Shown piece by piece: positions 47,601-61,400 of a stretch of 64,000 nt of DNA (the stretch's first letter is position 1; each line of letters opens with the position of its first letter). Both the position numbers and the translations under genes were made by a program. The stretch covers positions 248,001 to 312,000 of the forward strand of contig CDROCS010003779.1 of the NCBI GenBank assembly GCA_977020255.1, written 5' to 3'. A model generated the notes under the pieces. That model saw nothing but the letters and a program-made list of their open reading frames with translations, had not been told where the DNA came from and ran no database searches. The DNA is from Obrimoposthia wandeli. Taxonomy: Eukaryota.

Positions 47601-50600
47601 ATGAATGTAAGTAATCAGGCTTTTATTTTTATCATCAGGAGAAAAAAACTAAAACTTTTTTACAACTCTTTTTTTAATTTTACAGTGATAATTTTTACGC
47701 AGAAAATCATTTCAAATCGAAACAAAATTTCTTTGGCGTGGCATTAGGTATTATGAGTTTCTTAGAAACCGATATTTTGCGTATTCAATTTTTTTTGTAA
47801 AACATCCTTACAACTCTTTGTATTTTGATTATTTACAGCTCAGCATGCTGTTTCAAAGTCAAGTCATGTCGCTCTTCATAAAAGTATTTATATATAAAAA
47901 TTAAATAATTGTTATGAGTGATGTGACAATTATAACAAAAAATGTCGCTAAAATTCAGTACTGAAATACCGTTTTTTTTAAAATAATTTGCTAGACCCGG
48001 TATTTCGGTATTTAAAACCGAAAGGATGTTTTAAAAGAAACACTATTCCTAATGATGAAATCGTTAAATCTAATGAAAGGGTTGGGTAAATTAGAAAGTG
48101 CGGAAGTACCTGGAGGAGAAGAATTGGGAATTTCAAGTCACCTTCGTTACTAGTTATGGATTTTTCAAAGCACACATAACAAAGAAAGTCGGGAGTTATT
48201 CTAAACATTTCAGAATTTGTTTTAACTAAAGGAGGACTTACAAACAAAAATGGTAAGATTGGATGAAAAGTAGATGTCACGAATTCACCAAGACAGGAAG
48301 ATTAAATAGGCTAACATATGGTGAGATGTTTAGGTGGATTTGTGATATAATGATTATGTTGGTTTGGATTCCAATATTGAAATATATCCCAATCAATCAG
48401 TATCAGACATAGTCCGGGAAATTCAAGTCATCACTTTCAATCAAACAGAAGATGATTCAAACAGTGACGAGAGTGAAGAAATAACATAACCGCCTCCAAC
48501 TCTCCGTGAAGATGTTGTAGCGTTATCTACCTTACAACGATATGTCAGTTGATACATATAATGATGTTAGAGTTCTTGAATATCTTGGAAAATTCGATGT
48601 TTTTCTGTTGTTTCGAGCAACAGCTTCCAAATCGGTGCAGAAAATTTTTATCTAATTATGTTTTGAATTGAAGATAATATAATATCGTTTTCATTATATT
48701 CTTAATTGTTTTACTTATTATTTTTATGTACTATGTTTATAACGTATTTTGTAAGTCGGTGTTTAATTTTGAAATGCACCACTTAAACCTTACTATTATC
48801 ATTAACTTCTTTAAGACAATCGAAAGATAGAAAGAGTTGTTTCAATATTCTTTACTTAGAGGTAGAAAACTAATTTAAGAGGGAATAATATAGTTCTTTG
48901 AAAGTCAGAAAATACAATTTTAAAGTACTAAAAGGGTTAAACTGGATATTTCAACCACATTAGGTCACTTTCAAAATGAAGATTTCCAATGGAAAATAAA
49001 TCCTGAGTTTTAAAAAACTTTCAGAACATTATTTTACATTTGTGACTTTTCTCTAATTCATGAGCTTCTGCATTTTATTGTAGTTTTGCTAACCTACTTT
49101 TTGTTTAAACGAGGGGTGTTGAGAAAGTTCGTGTAGCACTTCATATAGCTGTAGTTTAGTCACCCTTCATTTCAGTTCGCTGTTTCGTCATACGACATGA
49201 AACAAACCGTCGGGACAAAAACCCAATATACCTGAAATCATTAATTGGGTTTTATTATTTTTAAAATGAACAAAGAGAAACAAAGAATATTTGTAAAGAG
49301 TCGTTCGAGTTCATGAATGATCTGAAGATTATTTCTCGGAGAGGACAATTTAAAATGGAGTCGGTAGTCCAGGAGTGACTCAACATGTTAATATTTCGTG
49401 CAGTGAAGGCGTTAGCATCTTTGGGAGATAATGCCGAAGTTGGGAAGAGTCTGATTGAAGATGATTCGAAGATAACTACCGGGGTAATCTCAGTTCCCAT
49501 GATTCTACACAAAATCTTGATTATGTCAAAGATTAGCTGCAGATGGGGTCTCGCCTTCTTACTGCTATTCACCGACAATCCATAATTGAGCTGTGCAACA
49601 GTCTGATCAACAAGTTCGAAGATGTCTTCAGTCATGGGATTATCAATTGATGAAACTCGGTTGTACGGCTTTGATCCCGAATCCAAGCAAAGAGAACATA
49701 TTCAATTAGAACTAAGGTGATGGCAATTGTTTTTTATGACAGTAAAGATATCATTCGCCTGATCAATTTGCGAATGCGACAATGCATGCTGAGGTACTTG
49801 ACAACTTGAAAGATACTATGCGAGTGAAACGATGTGAAACTCTTTCCTTCCTCGTCCACCTTAGAGGCTCGTCAAATAAATTGACAGTTAAAGGAAAGCC
49901 CCCTCATCCGCATCCGTCAGTTCAATTACACGTCAGAGACAGAAATCACTGACAAAGATCCAGATTTTATCGCCATGTCTTTCTCTGCTGGTACTAAAGA
50001 GCCGAAAAGTGTGCTAACAATAATGGTGATTATGTAGAAAGATAAAATATAAATACAAATTTATATCTTGATGATAACCCAGTCAACCATAATGGACTTC
50101 TAGTCAAAGGTGTCCATAGTAAGAGATTAATATTTTGTTACGAAAAATGTGTATATTAAACATACTAATTAGTTATTTTTATTGTTTAATTAGTTTAATC
50201 TGTGTTCAGAAAATTGTATTTTTTTGTTGAAGAAATAAATTAGTTTGTTAATTTAATATTTTGTTGAAATTTTACTGAGCTATATCATTAGATTTTCGTT
50301 TAAGTTTCGTTAATTGTTTAACATGACCAGGCTCTTGTATGTGTCCTGCAAAGAAATCGAAAAGATTAATTTTAAGAAATAATGGCTGCCGATATATTTT
50401 TTCGCAGTGGTAAAAGGGAAATTTTGCTGCCTCATTTGCAAATCTTGTGTTGATTTTGCCTATAAATCTAATCTGAGCAGGCATTTCCTGACACTTCACC
50501 GCAACTTTAATAAATCTACTTGTTCCTTGTTTGAATCATTTCACGACCAAAAATCGTTCATCACTAAATGATTCCCACTTGGGCGATTCTGTGAAACTGT

Positions 50601-53600
50601 TTTTGTTAGACTATGAAAAATTGATTCAAGAATATTTTTGAAACGGTCGATCTTATTTTGTTTGTTCGGAGTCGATTCATATCAATGTATCTTGGACGTT
50701 TGTGAGTTAATTCTTTAATGATATAATTAAATTGATAAGAAATTTGAACGAACTCAGCAATTGGTGTCGATTATTAAAGGTCTTAGAAAAATAAAATATC
50801 GATAAAATATTTTTTATTGCCTGTTCCTCTGTGTGTGTATTTAATATTGTTTATGGGAAATTCTGGGCTTCATTAGTGGGTGGGTTGTGGAGAATCAGGC
50901 ACCTTCTGTGTGGAAGGCTATTTCAAATCTGGGACAGTAATTTATTTGTTCACTGTGCTGTGCAGTTCAAACGTCGCTGTACAGATGGTCTGAGTCCCAG
51001 CCTGTTTTTGTTCGCGATGCTGGGAAATCTCTTCTACGGAGCTCAGATCCTTCTGATGTCTGTGGACAGGTTATTCATTCTGCATCATCTCCCATGGATT
51101 ATCGGGAGCTGGGGTGTCATGCTGCTCGATAGCGTGGTAAGTATCTGCAGTCAACAGTGTGCTCCATTTTATTTGCAGCTGTTTAATAGTCGATTATATA
51201 ATGGCTCATTCAATGAGAGTAACGGATTCGCATTTGACAATCATTTTGTTACTATTACGGAATAGAATAAAATTATCATGGTGGGCTGATGTATGACAAG
51301 TCGTGCTTGAGTAATTGAATGTCATATGTTGAGTAATTCAGTGGTTGGTCAGTTTCTGCTATTGGTATCGAAGCCATATTCTAACTAGCTTACTGCCACA
51401 AAATCATGTGCATATTAAAAATAACGGATTCACAGAATTGATATTGTATCTTTTTCTGTAAACAATTCAAACTCAAAAAAAGGACACAGAACAAGGACAG
51501 CTTTATTAGGTTGCATAATTAATATCAGTTTTCAATGTCAATAAATCTTTAAACTAGTTTAAATGAACCAAATTTTGTATTTACATTTTTTTAAAATTCA
51601 TATGGGATGTAGAACAATTTTATCATATTTTTGTCATAAAAGTGACTCAGAATTTAGTATGAGTCTGGACCAAAACCGGATTTTTTATATGGATATTAAT
51701 TTGATCCCATGGCAGTGGAAGCATTCAGAAGTATAAATATAGTGTGGGGGTTCTGCGAATGAAAGAACCACTCAAATATGGCTTGAAAAGTTACAATCAT
51801 TGATTTATGTCGTGGAGCATCTATTTCCATAGATAAGGATCACCAGGAACAAGCTTTCAAACCTAATCCTTTTTGTATATGTGGGGAACTCGCGATTATG
51901 TTTCAGATACTCCTTTCAACAATTTCCATGCATTTCTATATGGTTAACATAAATTCAAAAAATTAAGCTGCTTGAACTTTTCATAGTTATTTTAAATAGG
52001 AAAATTTTCAGTAAAATGCTTTATTATACAATTTTATATTAAAAATATTTAATGATCCGGTCTTGTTTTTAGTCAGGGATTTTACAATTAGCTTTTGCTA
52101 CTTTTTTTTTCACTGGTCCTTAAAAAATGTATGCTTTTCTCAAAAATAAATATCATTTTAATTGTAATTCTACTCGTTGAGAAAGAAAATGTTGTGATAA
52201 GCAGAGCCTGGGTTTGAAAAAGAATCTGTTCTACCCGGGACTTTCATAAGGTGGTAAATGGAGCATATGGGCGAATTCGGAACCCTGGAGAATCCTTGGT
52301 TCCCTTAAATTAAGCCTGAAAATAAGTTGGTCGATGCCAGGTTAGAACGCATAGTAAGTCTGTTTGACTAAGCTAACGAAGTCCATTAACGTACATTGAT
52401 TTTTACTAACAGCTTTCTAAATTAAATTTTAGGTACAAGCGACATTACTTTTCATTGTATGTATATTTTAGGATTATTTTAGATTTATTCGGAAACAACT
52501 CTAACTTTTATTGGTTGTCAATGCAATTCAATCAAATATTTCATCAGATTTTGTCTGTGTATTTTTACTTCTATTTTTTAAGCAGTAAACATTTTTTAGG
52601 GGAAATGATTTATTTTTATAAAAACATATTGTTTATTGATTCATTGATTAATCATGCTCGATGAATCAAAGGGCACTTTTACTGATGTTCATTGAAAGTC
52701 GCCTAACATGTGATCATGAAGTCGCTGCCACGTGCCTTAGAACCAGATAACTGTGGAGGCTGTCAGCCAATTGGTCACTGGTAAGTAAGTCATCGACTAA
52801 TACCGAAGTTCGTCACAATCTCGACTACAAACTTGCGGCAAATGCCAACGAATCAGCTGATGTATATTTTATCATCAGCATCTCCAACTTGACCGATTTG
52901 CATTAAAGAATACGCCACTCACTGTTTGATAGATTACCAGTACTCTGAAATTTCGTAGGAAATGCTCTCAATTGCTGCTTACAAATTCTCAGCAGTAGGA
53001 GAAATACCATAGGCTACAGTTGTACAAAAATAATGCACAAGAAAGTGAACGTAAAATGTATGTGAATATATTTGCCATTTCAATCTTTACATCGTTTTGC
53101 AGTCACATATCTGTTGACGAATTAATACATAGGTGTGACTGAACCCGGGCCCAAATAAACTCCAAATCACATAATTTTTTAACCTTGGATCTTATAACTT
53201 AAAGCGAAGAAACGGTTTGGGCTACATTTATATTTATCCCGTATGTTATCTTTTTTAGCCAATGACAATGTATCACATCACTTTTTCAAACCTCTATTCA
53301 TCGCGGTAGGGGGAATTTTTCAATGTCGTTATTATGTAAAAGAAAAACTGATATTTCCCCCATCATCACACCCCATTTTGCATCGTTATTCGTCACGTAC
53401 TTCGTCAACAAAGAATTCTTTCGAAAGTTATCGTCCATTTGAATGATAGGATTAGCTAACGCAGCTCTCTCGCATAGCAATGGTGTATTTCTACGACTTC
53501 TATTTGAGATTTTCTTTCACGACTTTCCTAACAGTTGACAAAGAACAGGCAAAATCCCCGTGAGCAATAATATTTCTCGATGGAAACTTTCCAGGCAGAC

Positions 53601-56600
53601 GGATATCCGGGTTGGAGTCGGATTTTCTTTGGATTGAGTTTCATGGGCAGAATTTATACAATTTTGTTGATATCGGGACAAACGGAAATCGCCTTTTTAT
53701 TACGGCAAGTCGTTGACGAGATTCGATAGCAAAAGAGACATACAACTGAAGTCCAGTCTGCAAGGTAGAATGTAGGAAAACCATTCAGATGTCTTTGTTT
53801 TCTCCCAAAATAGTGGATAATTTGTAATCGTGTTGTTACTTTTCCATATGTTGTGTTTCCACTCTGAACCTCATACTTTGTGATCCAACGAAACTTTCCA
53901 GGAAAGCGATGTCTACATCAGCAGGATTAATTTCAAATATTTAGTAGATATCTAAACCGAACTCGTATATCTCCATATAATTTTCCCTAATATTGAACAT
54001 ATACATCAAGGTTATCATCACGCATTTCGCTGTTCGTAAAGACAGGTGTGGAAACTGTTCCAACGCACTGATATTTTAGTACATTCATTTTTTCAAATAT
54101 GCCAGTTAAATAAAATTATCACATCTCGCGGCAAGCATTTTTTCGACCAGCTGTTTGTCAGCTAGAAATGACACACTAGAATCCGAGGTGCAACAAAGTT
54201 CGTGAAATAGACGACCATAAAGAGCATTAGATTGGAAGTTGACTGCTTCTATGACGACATTAAGGACATCATACAAACGTCCACCCATTTTCTTTGCAGC
54301 GGAATGCTGCTGCTGGACCAGAAAGTTTTAAAATAATACCATTACTTACATTTTTTTAGAAAAAGAAACTTATCTAGTTTTCGGTTTAAAATGATAACGT
54401 TTGATTAAACATATTGATAGAAATCCCAATAAACATTTGTTAATCAACTTGAAATTACTAATATCTCCAAAATATTTGTTATTATATTATTTCCTTAACT
54501 GTTTTACCGGGATTTATGTAAGGAAAGTTCATGAATCTGGCACTAAACTCACAATTTAGTACGTGCTACATAACTGTGTACCCGATTTACTTTCTCATAG
54601 CTCACATGAGCTACTTCACAATGACTTGATTATAGGTCAGTGTTGACTTTAGCACACAATGTTATCAGATCGGAGCAGCCTTATCGATATGAATGTCGGT
54701 CGCGAGAGTCAGGATCTAATTGGTGCACTACCTGGCCGCCTTGTGGCTAGTCGCAGATCAATGACTAAAACACAAGGACAGTTAGTGTCGTGTAATTAAC
54801 GTAATAAACCAAAGCAGTCTTCTAGCCTGGTATATCTGAAATTCACTGTATTGCAGAACGATTCTATGTAAGAAACATATATCAAGACGATTTATTTTAT
54901 ATTAATTATCCATTAATCACTGATGTTGCATGTATTTGTCTAACTATCTAAGACAGTGAAGAAAGTGAATATAAGCGGCGCATACAAATAGACTGATTCA
55001 TAATTTCAATTAATTAAAGCTCCGATCGTGAATTGGCACTTTTTTTGATTTGCCATTTATTATTATGTTTCTTGTATTAACAAGTGGGAATTGCAAGACG
55101 AAGATAGGTCATTCAATGACTTATTGACTGAACGATACTTCTTTGTCGAATTCAAGGGAGAGCCAATATTCATTATTCTACCGCCGGACTTTGCTTTGTG
55201 TCAATATACTACCAGTACCAGATATATCACCAAAATGGTTCTCCCTATTTTAAAATATTTTATGTAGCAGCGGTCAATGATAAAATGGCTGGCAGATCCC
55301 TTTTAAAAATCACCTGATTATGGTTAAAGTTTTTTTAAAACCATACACTTTTTTGCTTATTTTGTATTAGTATGAAAATGTTGTGGGAACTTATTTGTCA
55401 TTATAATAGCAATCAAACGCTAATTTCGTTGTACTTTTTGCGCAATAATTTTCGTATTGTAGTTAAGTCGTGTAGATATATCGAGGCTTATGAACGTTGA
55501 GGGTGATGCTAATACATAAAATAGATTCAAAATCTAAAACAACCGCTCTAGAAAATATATTTACATCCACCAAACCTTTTTATTGTATCGATGTTAACCT
55601 TCAATCATATATTTTCCCATTGAGAATAAATCTTCACGTTGTTGGAGTTTCTTCGTGAGAGAATTGTAAGAGAATAGATTTAGGCTTCAAAAATAAACTT
55701 TTCTGATCTTGCTTTTTCTTCCTTCAAAGTTTTTTATATACGGTTACATACAGGTTAAAGTTTATTTGAAAATATTTTTCAATGTGCTGACAGAGGGAGA
55801 TAAAACTTTTGAAATGTTTAGTCAAGTTTTTACCGTAGTAGAGTCGAGTTAACAAAATAGCCATTTCACAATTTTCGAATCAGTTTTTTTAAATCAAAAT
55901 TAGCAATTCAAACATACTGAGAGTACGGTCTGTAACCCTGTCCGATCGGGTATCTTTTGGGAAAAAACTGTTTTTGTTGGCTAAAGCAGCCGTTTGTAAC
56001 TAAAGTCAGTAAAACCTTGCTACCGTTACGAAAAAGACTTTTCTTTCGACATCTTTATCTCATCAATAAGAAAAGGTATTTGGCCCATTTGTAAACATTA
56101 ACATGTTAGAAAAATAATTAATCAAACGTGCACGAGCAATTTTCACAAAAACGCATTTTCATTGTCCCTACAACGCACTAAGTATCTATACATTATACAA
56201 TCTACAAATTAATATATAGACCAGGGCTGGGTAACCTATTTTAGGTGGCGTTCGATTGTCAAAAATAAATTAATCGCGAATATCTTGTAGAACATTTTAT
56301 ATTTATTAAATGTTGAAAACAGCAAATAATGAAATACTTCAGCGTCCGATTCTTAAATCATTTTTTTCATAAACTGACCAACACAGTCTTACGGAATCAT
56401 GCAAGTGAGAATCAGTTGGAGATGAACGATTTTTGATTTTGATATGATTCATACAAGAAAAAGCTTTTTTTATAGTTGCTTTGAAGTGTCAGTAATATAT
56501 TTTCCGATGTTTTTAATTGGCTAAATCAACATAAGAATCGCAAATGGGGCAGAAAAAATTTCACTTTTGCCACTGATACATAAGCTTGGATTATTCATTA

Positions 56601-57088
56601 AAATTATACTTGTCCGATTTATGTACAGCGACATACAAGAGCGTGTTATCTTGAACAGTTAAAGGAGAATAAATTATAACCTAGTTAGGATATATGGCAG
56701 TAAATTTTCAACAAAATTAGTAAACATGTTTATTTCTCTAAAAAATGCTGACAATTAAAATCACACATTTGTACCTATAAATATGATTAACTTCGTATTG
56801 TGAACGTGATCGACTGGTTGACCGCCCCTAATAGAGATGATCTACAAAATATGATAGGAGAATGTGATATAAATTTTCCAATGATTAATTTAAGTGTTTA
56901 ACGTTGTTGGAATTTGGAATCTGTCAGTAACAATTGGTTTCGTGCAGATTTTGCTCCAGTTCATCATCTTCCGCAGAAATGTACCCATGACGTACGAGGT
57001 GTTAAGCAGCGAGGATGAAGACGAACCAATGGAAAGCGAGCATCGACAAGCCAGTGATGTGCCAGATCGTCTGATTCTCGTTCCTTGA
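44655..57088 (+). CDS. PQLC2: PQ-loop lysosomal amino-acid transporter (PQLC2/SLC66A1/LAAT-1-like), 5 coding exons, about 365 aa
   Basis: Exons 44655-45045, 45529-45836, 47520-47606, 50966-51136 and 56948-57088, with GT-AG boundaries in consistent phase (1098 nt). Two PQ motifs (GIPQM, GRIPQI), GDTCN, LGNLFYG. The exon 2 donor could alternatively be at 45822. Confidence 0.88.
48390..48560 (+). mobile_element. Possible Tigger/pogo transposase C-terminal relic (intronic)
   Basis: DIVREI...EDDSNSDESEE..PPPTLRE..VALSTLQRY pattern. Confidence 0.4.
49109..49830 (+). mobile_element. Mariner transposase pseudogene (intronic)
   Basis: TIR-like CGAGGGGTGTTGAGAAAGT; ILHKILIMSKISCRW, DETRLYGFDPESKQ, KVMAIVFYDSKDII across frameshifts. 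Confidence 0.8.
52740..54330 (-). mobile_element. hAT (Charlie/ZBED-like) transposase relic (intronic)
   Basis: LYDVLNVVIEAVNFQSNALYGRLFHELC and a C..R.ALA remnant. Confidence 0.65.
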
Positions 57089-57659
57089 CCTCACTTTTAC
57101 CGGGAAGTTGAGCATTTAGCTTCTGGCTTTCGGGTCCTTCTGGTCTGTTTCTTTCCCTTTCCCATATCTGTGTTTTTTATCCGCGAATTTGTGATTCACA
57201 CACACTTACATACCTGTATTTGGATTTTCTACATTCTTCACCACCTTCTTTCGTTTTATCAATCGACAGGTCCGAGTCCAAGCTATACTTTTGATTCAAC
57301 AATTTTCTCGCTATTTTTCAATATCTACTTTTTCTGTTTTCTTTCAGATATCCAGATTGTATAACATCGATTTTATTTTGATTATTTGTGTAAATTATGA
57401 TAATTGTATTACAAGAATATAAGTAATAGGATTTTCACGTCACAGATTTATTGGGCGTGTTAAGATACTCTGCACTGGCATTCACAATTTAATTTCTGAT
57501 TGAATAAAGCTGTTTATATGGATTTCTCAATCTTGATAATAATTGTATAATATTTAAAATTTTTCATGGGATTACGGAATCAAATTCCTGACATTTCTTA
57601 TAATATTTCTTCATCAAGTCATTGTGGAATGATGTCAATTTATTATTCATTTATAACTG

Positions 57660-57745
57660 TTGAATAAAAGGGTAGAAGCTCACTTGGTTTTGATTTTCAG
57701 TATGAATACAGATCGTGAAAGCGCGGCCTATCGATCCTTTTGATT
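57660..57745 (+). rRNA. 28S rRNA short fragment
   Basis: GATTTTCAGTATGAATACAGATCGTGAAAGCGCGGCCTATCGATCC. Confidence 0.75.
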
Positions 57746-58333
57746 TAAAATTCAGACTTTCAACATTATCCGTATTTGACTGAATTAAAAATATAACACC
57801 ATATTAGTTTCATCAAAGTCCAGATATTTTTCATTTGCAGTCGCATAGTATCCATTAATCCGTATTTAAATATATTTTTAATGAATATCAAGGTCATAAA
57901 AAAACTGGGATTCGATCTTAAAAGAATTTCCTTCAATTAGATAGTCAAGTATGTAATATTCTAAAATATTATTGAACTTGTCAATATCAGATTATATTAA
58001 AATTTTAATCAAATATTCAATTTTGAAATTTTTAGAGCATTTGCAACACGTCTAACTTTATACCTTTATAATATAATAGAAGGTTTCCATTTGTATGGTC
58101 AATCAGGATAATAAAATTTTGTAAATAACTCAGAAAAAGATACAGTATACAAAAAATGTTTATTAATGAATATTGTTGAACAAAATATAAAAATTATTAA
58201 ACAAAATATATTTGCACTTGCAAATGTGTGCTTTCTCAAACAAGAAAACAAAATCACATCGTTCGGTTAACTTAATTGGTAAAATACTCACCTTTGCAGG
58301 GGGTATTGTTCTTTTGTTTTAAAAAGTACGTTT

Positions 58334-58440
58334 TACACTATTGTATCAACAGCAGGTGATGGTGTGAGTTCGTCCCAGTCATAAGTTAACAGCCACCACT
58401 CATTTTCATCTAACTCGTCGATGACTAAGTCACTTCTATT
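58334..58440 (-). pseudogene. Fragment homologous to the element-1 regulator gene
   Basis: DELDENEWWLLTYDWDELTPS versus AELNEDEWHLFTDDWDGLTPS (about 15650-15715). Confidence 0.6.
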
Positions 58441-61400
58441 GGAAAATTAGTGGCTTGTAAATAGAATTTGAGATATGCATATATAGAGTTTTTAAGGAAA
58501 AGAAAGCAAGAGAACTTAATTAAATTATAAACTTTAAAAAATAAATAATTCAAAAACTAATCAAAGTAATCGAAAAAGATATAGAAGACAAAGGAGACAA
58601 GAAAAGCAACTGGCGCTAGAAAATGTGAACTTGAGGTTTAAACAGAAATAAGTAGTGTGAAAAGATAAATAGGGCGTTTGGTGTCGCGATTGAAATGTTT
58701 GAATATAGCAAAAAATGTTGTGAAAGCTTGGGTGAAAACTCAGACCAGTCTTCAACTCACTAATGTCATTTAGAGCGGTAATAAATTAGTAGTTGGGTTT
58801 CTGAAATCTCGTGGATGACGTTTTCGGTTGCGAAGAATAGTTAAAAAGACTCCTATTAAAATTTACTAATAAAAAATAAAATCAATAGTGAATGACATTG
58901 GGAATGCTTGATTGAAAAAGATCATAGTGTTTAAGATGAGTTAGGAAAAGATAAAGAGTACCCTACTTTGTTTCAGGAATGAAAAATTTGATTAAAAAAA
59001 GAAAGATAATAAATAAATATAATCTGAAATGTAAAATAAATAAGATTTTCACAATAAACAACGAGAGAAAATAGATTAAAATATAATTAAGACATATCTA
59101 TTATCAAAAATTAAAAGATAACAATAAACTTAATGATTTTTTTGTTCCTTTGATATATGTTGTGAGGTTGAATTCCTTGACCAAATTTGAAAAGTTGGAC
59201 TTGCTGATATATATTTTTTCACTTGTAACTTTGATCAATGAAAAAAGGTCGACATTATACAATGTATAAATATAATTTTATACAGATAGAACCATCAAGA
59301 TCATACCCACATCTTTCTTAGATTCCTGTTTCCTTTATTCATTGAACAGAATTTACAATATAGACCAACTCAAATCTAGTCAGTAACCACAACCTGTTGG
59401 AGTTGTAAAAAATGAAAGAAAATTAATTGGAACAGAAATGCCTAAAATCGGTGCTGTATAATTAAACCACGACGGTAAGCATTTTGTTCCGTTTCACCCT
59501 GTTAATGGCTCGTCATGTGGTCGGCAGATTGCGGAGAAACTAATGTGTTACTCTGGAGTCGCTCAGAGCAAACTCCCCGGTCCTCTCTCTGCCTCTGATC
59601 TTTCTCCCTAGCAAGCATTCAGGAAGTACTAAACCACCATTTTTATATAGGATTGTCAAGAATGGAACACTTTTATTCCTACACTATTATACACTATTAT
59701 TTAAAAAGCGTTATACTTTAGTGTAAAATACATTAGATGGACACAGAAATATTTCTTCATAAGCAGTGGGAATATCTAAATTCTGAATTTATTGTCACTT
59801 CTACCTAAATTCCATGGAAACAATACCTTTTAAATTATCGATATCTGCTCTTCTGAATCAGAGGATTATTTGTGAAACTGCAAAGAATCTTTGCTGACAC
59901 GAAATGAAATAATATACATGATGGTTTATTTGCTAAAAAAAGTTCCACCTTGTTAACTTACAAGATTCCTATAATTTCTATAAATTGAATGAAAGTAAAT
60001 AATTGTGTTCTTTAATTTATTTTAAGTATTTCGTTAACATTTTCATATTTCATTTATTAATATCTCTATTTATACAAAATTTAATTGTACATGCCTCTAA
60101 ATTTTGATAACTACTCTAAAATTACTGTTTTTTAAAACAGTATTGTTGATGACTATATTCTGATTAAGCAAGTTTAGTTTAATCAACAATAAGTTTTAAA
60201 TTTGAGATGGGCTAATTAAGGTTGAATTTGATATGCTGCACTTTAAGATATTTTTAATTGCACAAAATTGCGTGTGTGATTGAATGTATGTGTCTAGTTA
60301 TATAATAGCCATACATGAGTGAATAGTATCAGTGTTGTTTCTAGAACCAGTCAGGGTTTTGATGAAGTTATAAATTGAACTTTGAGTGTCCAGTTTTTTT
60401 AAAAAATAATAAAAGTCATTGTGACTCATTGTTATATTAACAAAATAAGTATATAGAATGGTTAAATTAAAAAAATCTTTAATTTTACAAAAATCATCTA
60501 TAATATTTAATCAATGATAAATGTTAATTTATTAAAATAAGTTAACTAAATTAAATTTATCTTTTGTATATTGGTTCAAGTTATATAAATATTTTATATA
60601 ATTTGCTTCTATAATTTTTTTAAGAATATTTTTTCTATTTAATATACTAAAATTTTATTGAAGTACATAAAAGTTTAAAATATTGTCAATTCTGAAGTGA
60701 GAAAGTATGAAATTCAGTTTACGCTTTATAGTATACAAAGTATACATATCAAATAGTGATACATTGTTTAATTTTTTAATATTTTAGACAAATTTCAATA
60801 CAAATTTGTTAATGAGCCAAATTTATATAGTTTGTTTAAATTTGTCAAATATTAGTAAATTAAATTTAAATATAACAATAAATTTTAAAACTGAACATGT
60901 AATATCTTTTTAATTTATCTGTGTATCTAATTATATAATATTTTTTGATCATATGAAATTGATTATAGTAATGAAATTAACTTTTCATATTTAACATGAA
61001 TAAGGTAAAACCAAATGTTTAGTCATTAAGGACACAGTTATTCTTTTCGTATTTGCTAACGTTTTCAAAATTTAAAATATTTTTGTTAATAAATAAATTA
61101 TATTTGATTTTTTTTTAAATCACTATTTTATTGTTAAATTAACTTATAAAGATATATGAGAATTTTATAATTTATCTTAAAAGTAGAGATATTACCAGAT
61201 CTCTAGATAACGTAAAAATAATAATAGTTTACAAAATAATGTTTTAAAATATATTTTTAAATGATAAGAATATTAAAAGATTATTATCTAAATATTTTGC
61301 ACTACTTATTGAGTATTCGTCTCAAACAACGTGTCCTAAAAACGAAAGCAAGTCGAAAATGCAAAATGACATAAAGGCACAAAGGTGTAAATCCCTTGAA

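Noticed and set aside
49261-49686. 141-aa minus-strand ORF as a novel or viral gene
   Set aside because: It is antisense to a frameshifted mariner transposase.
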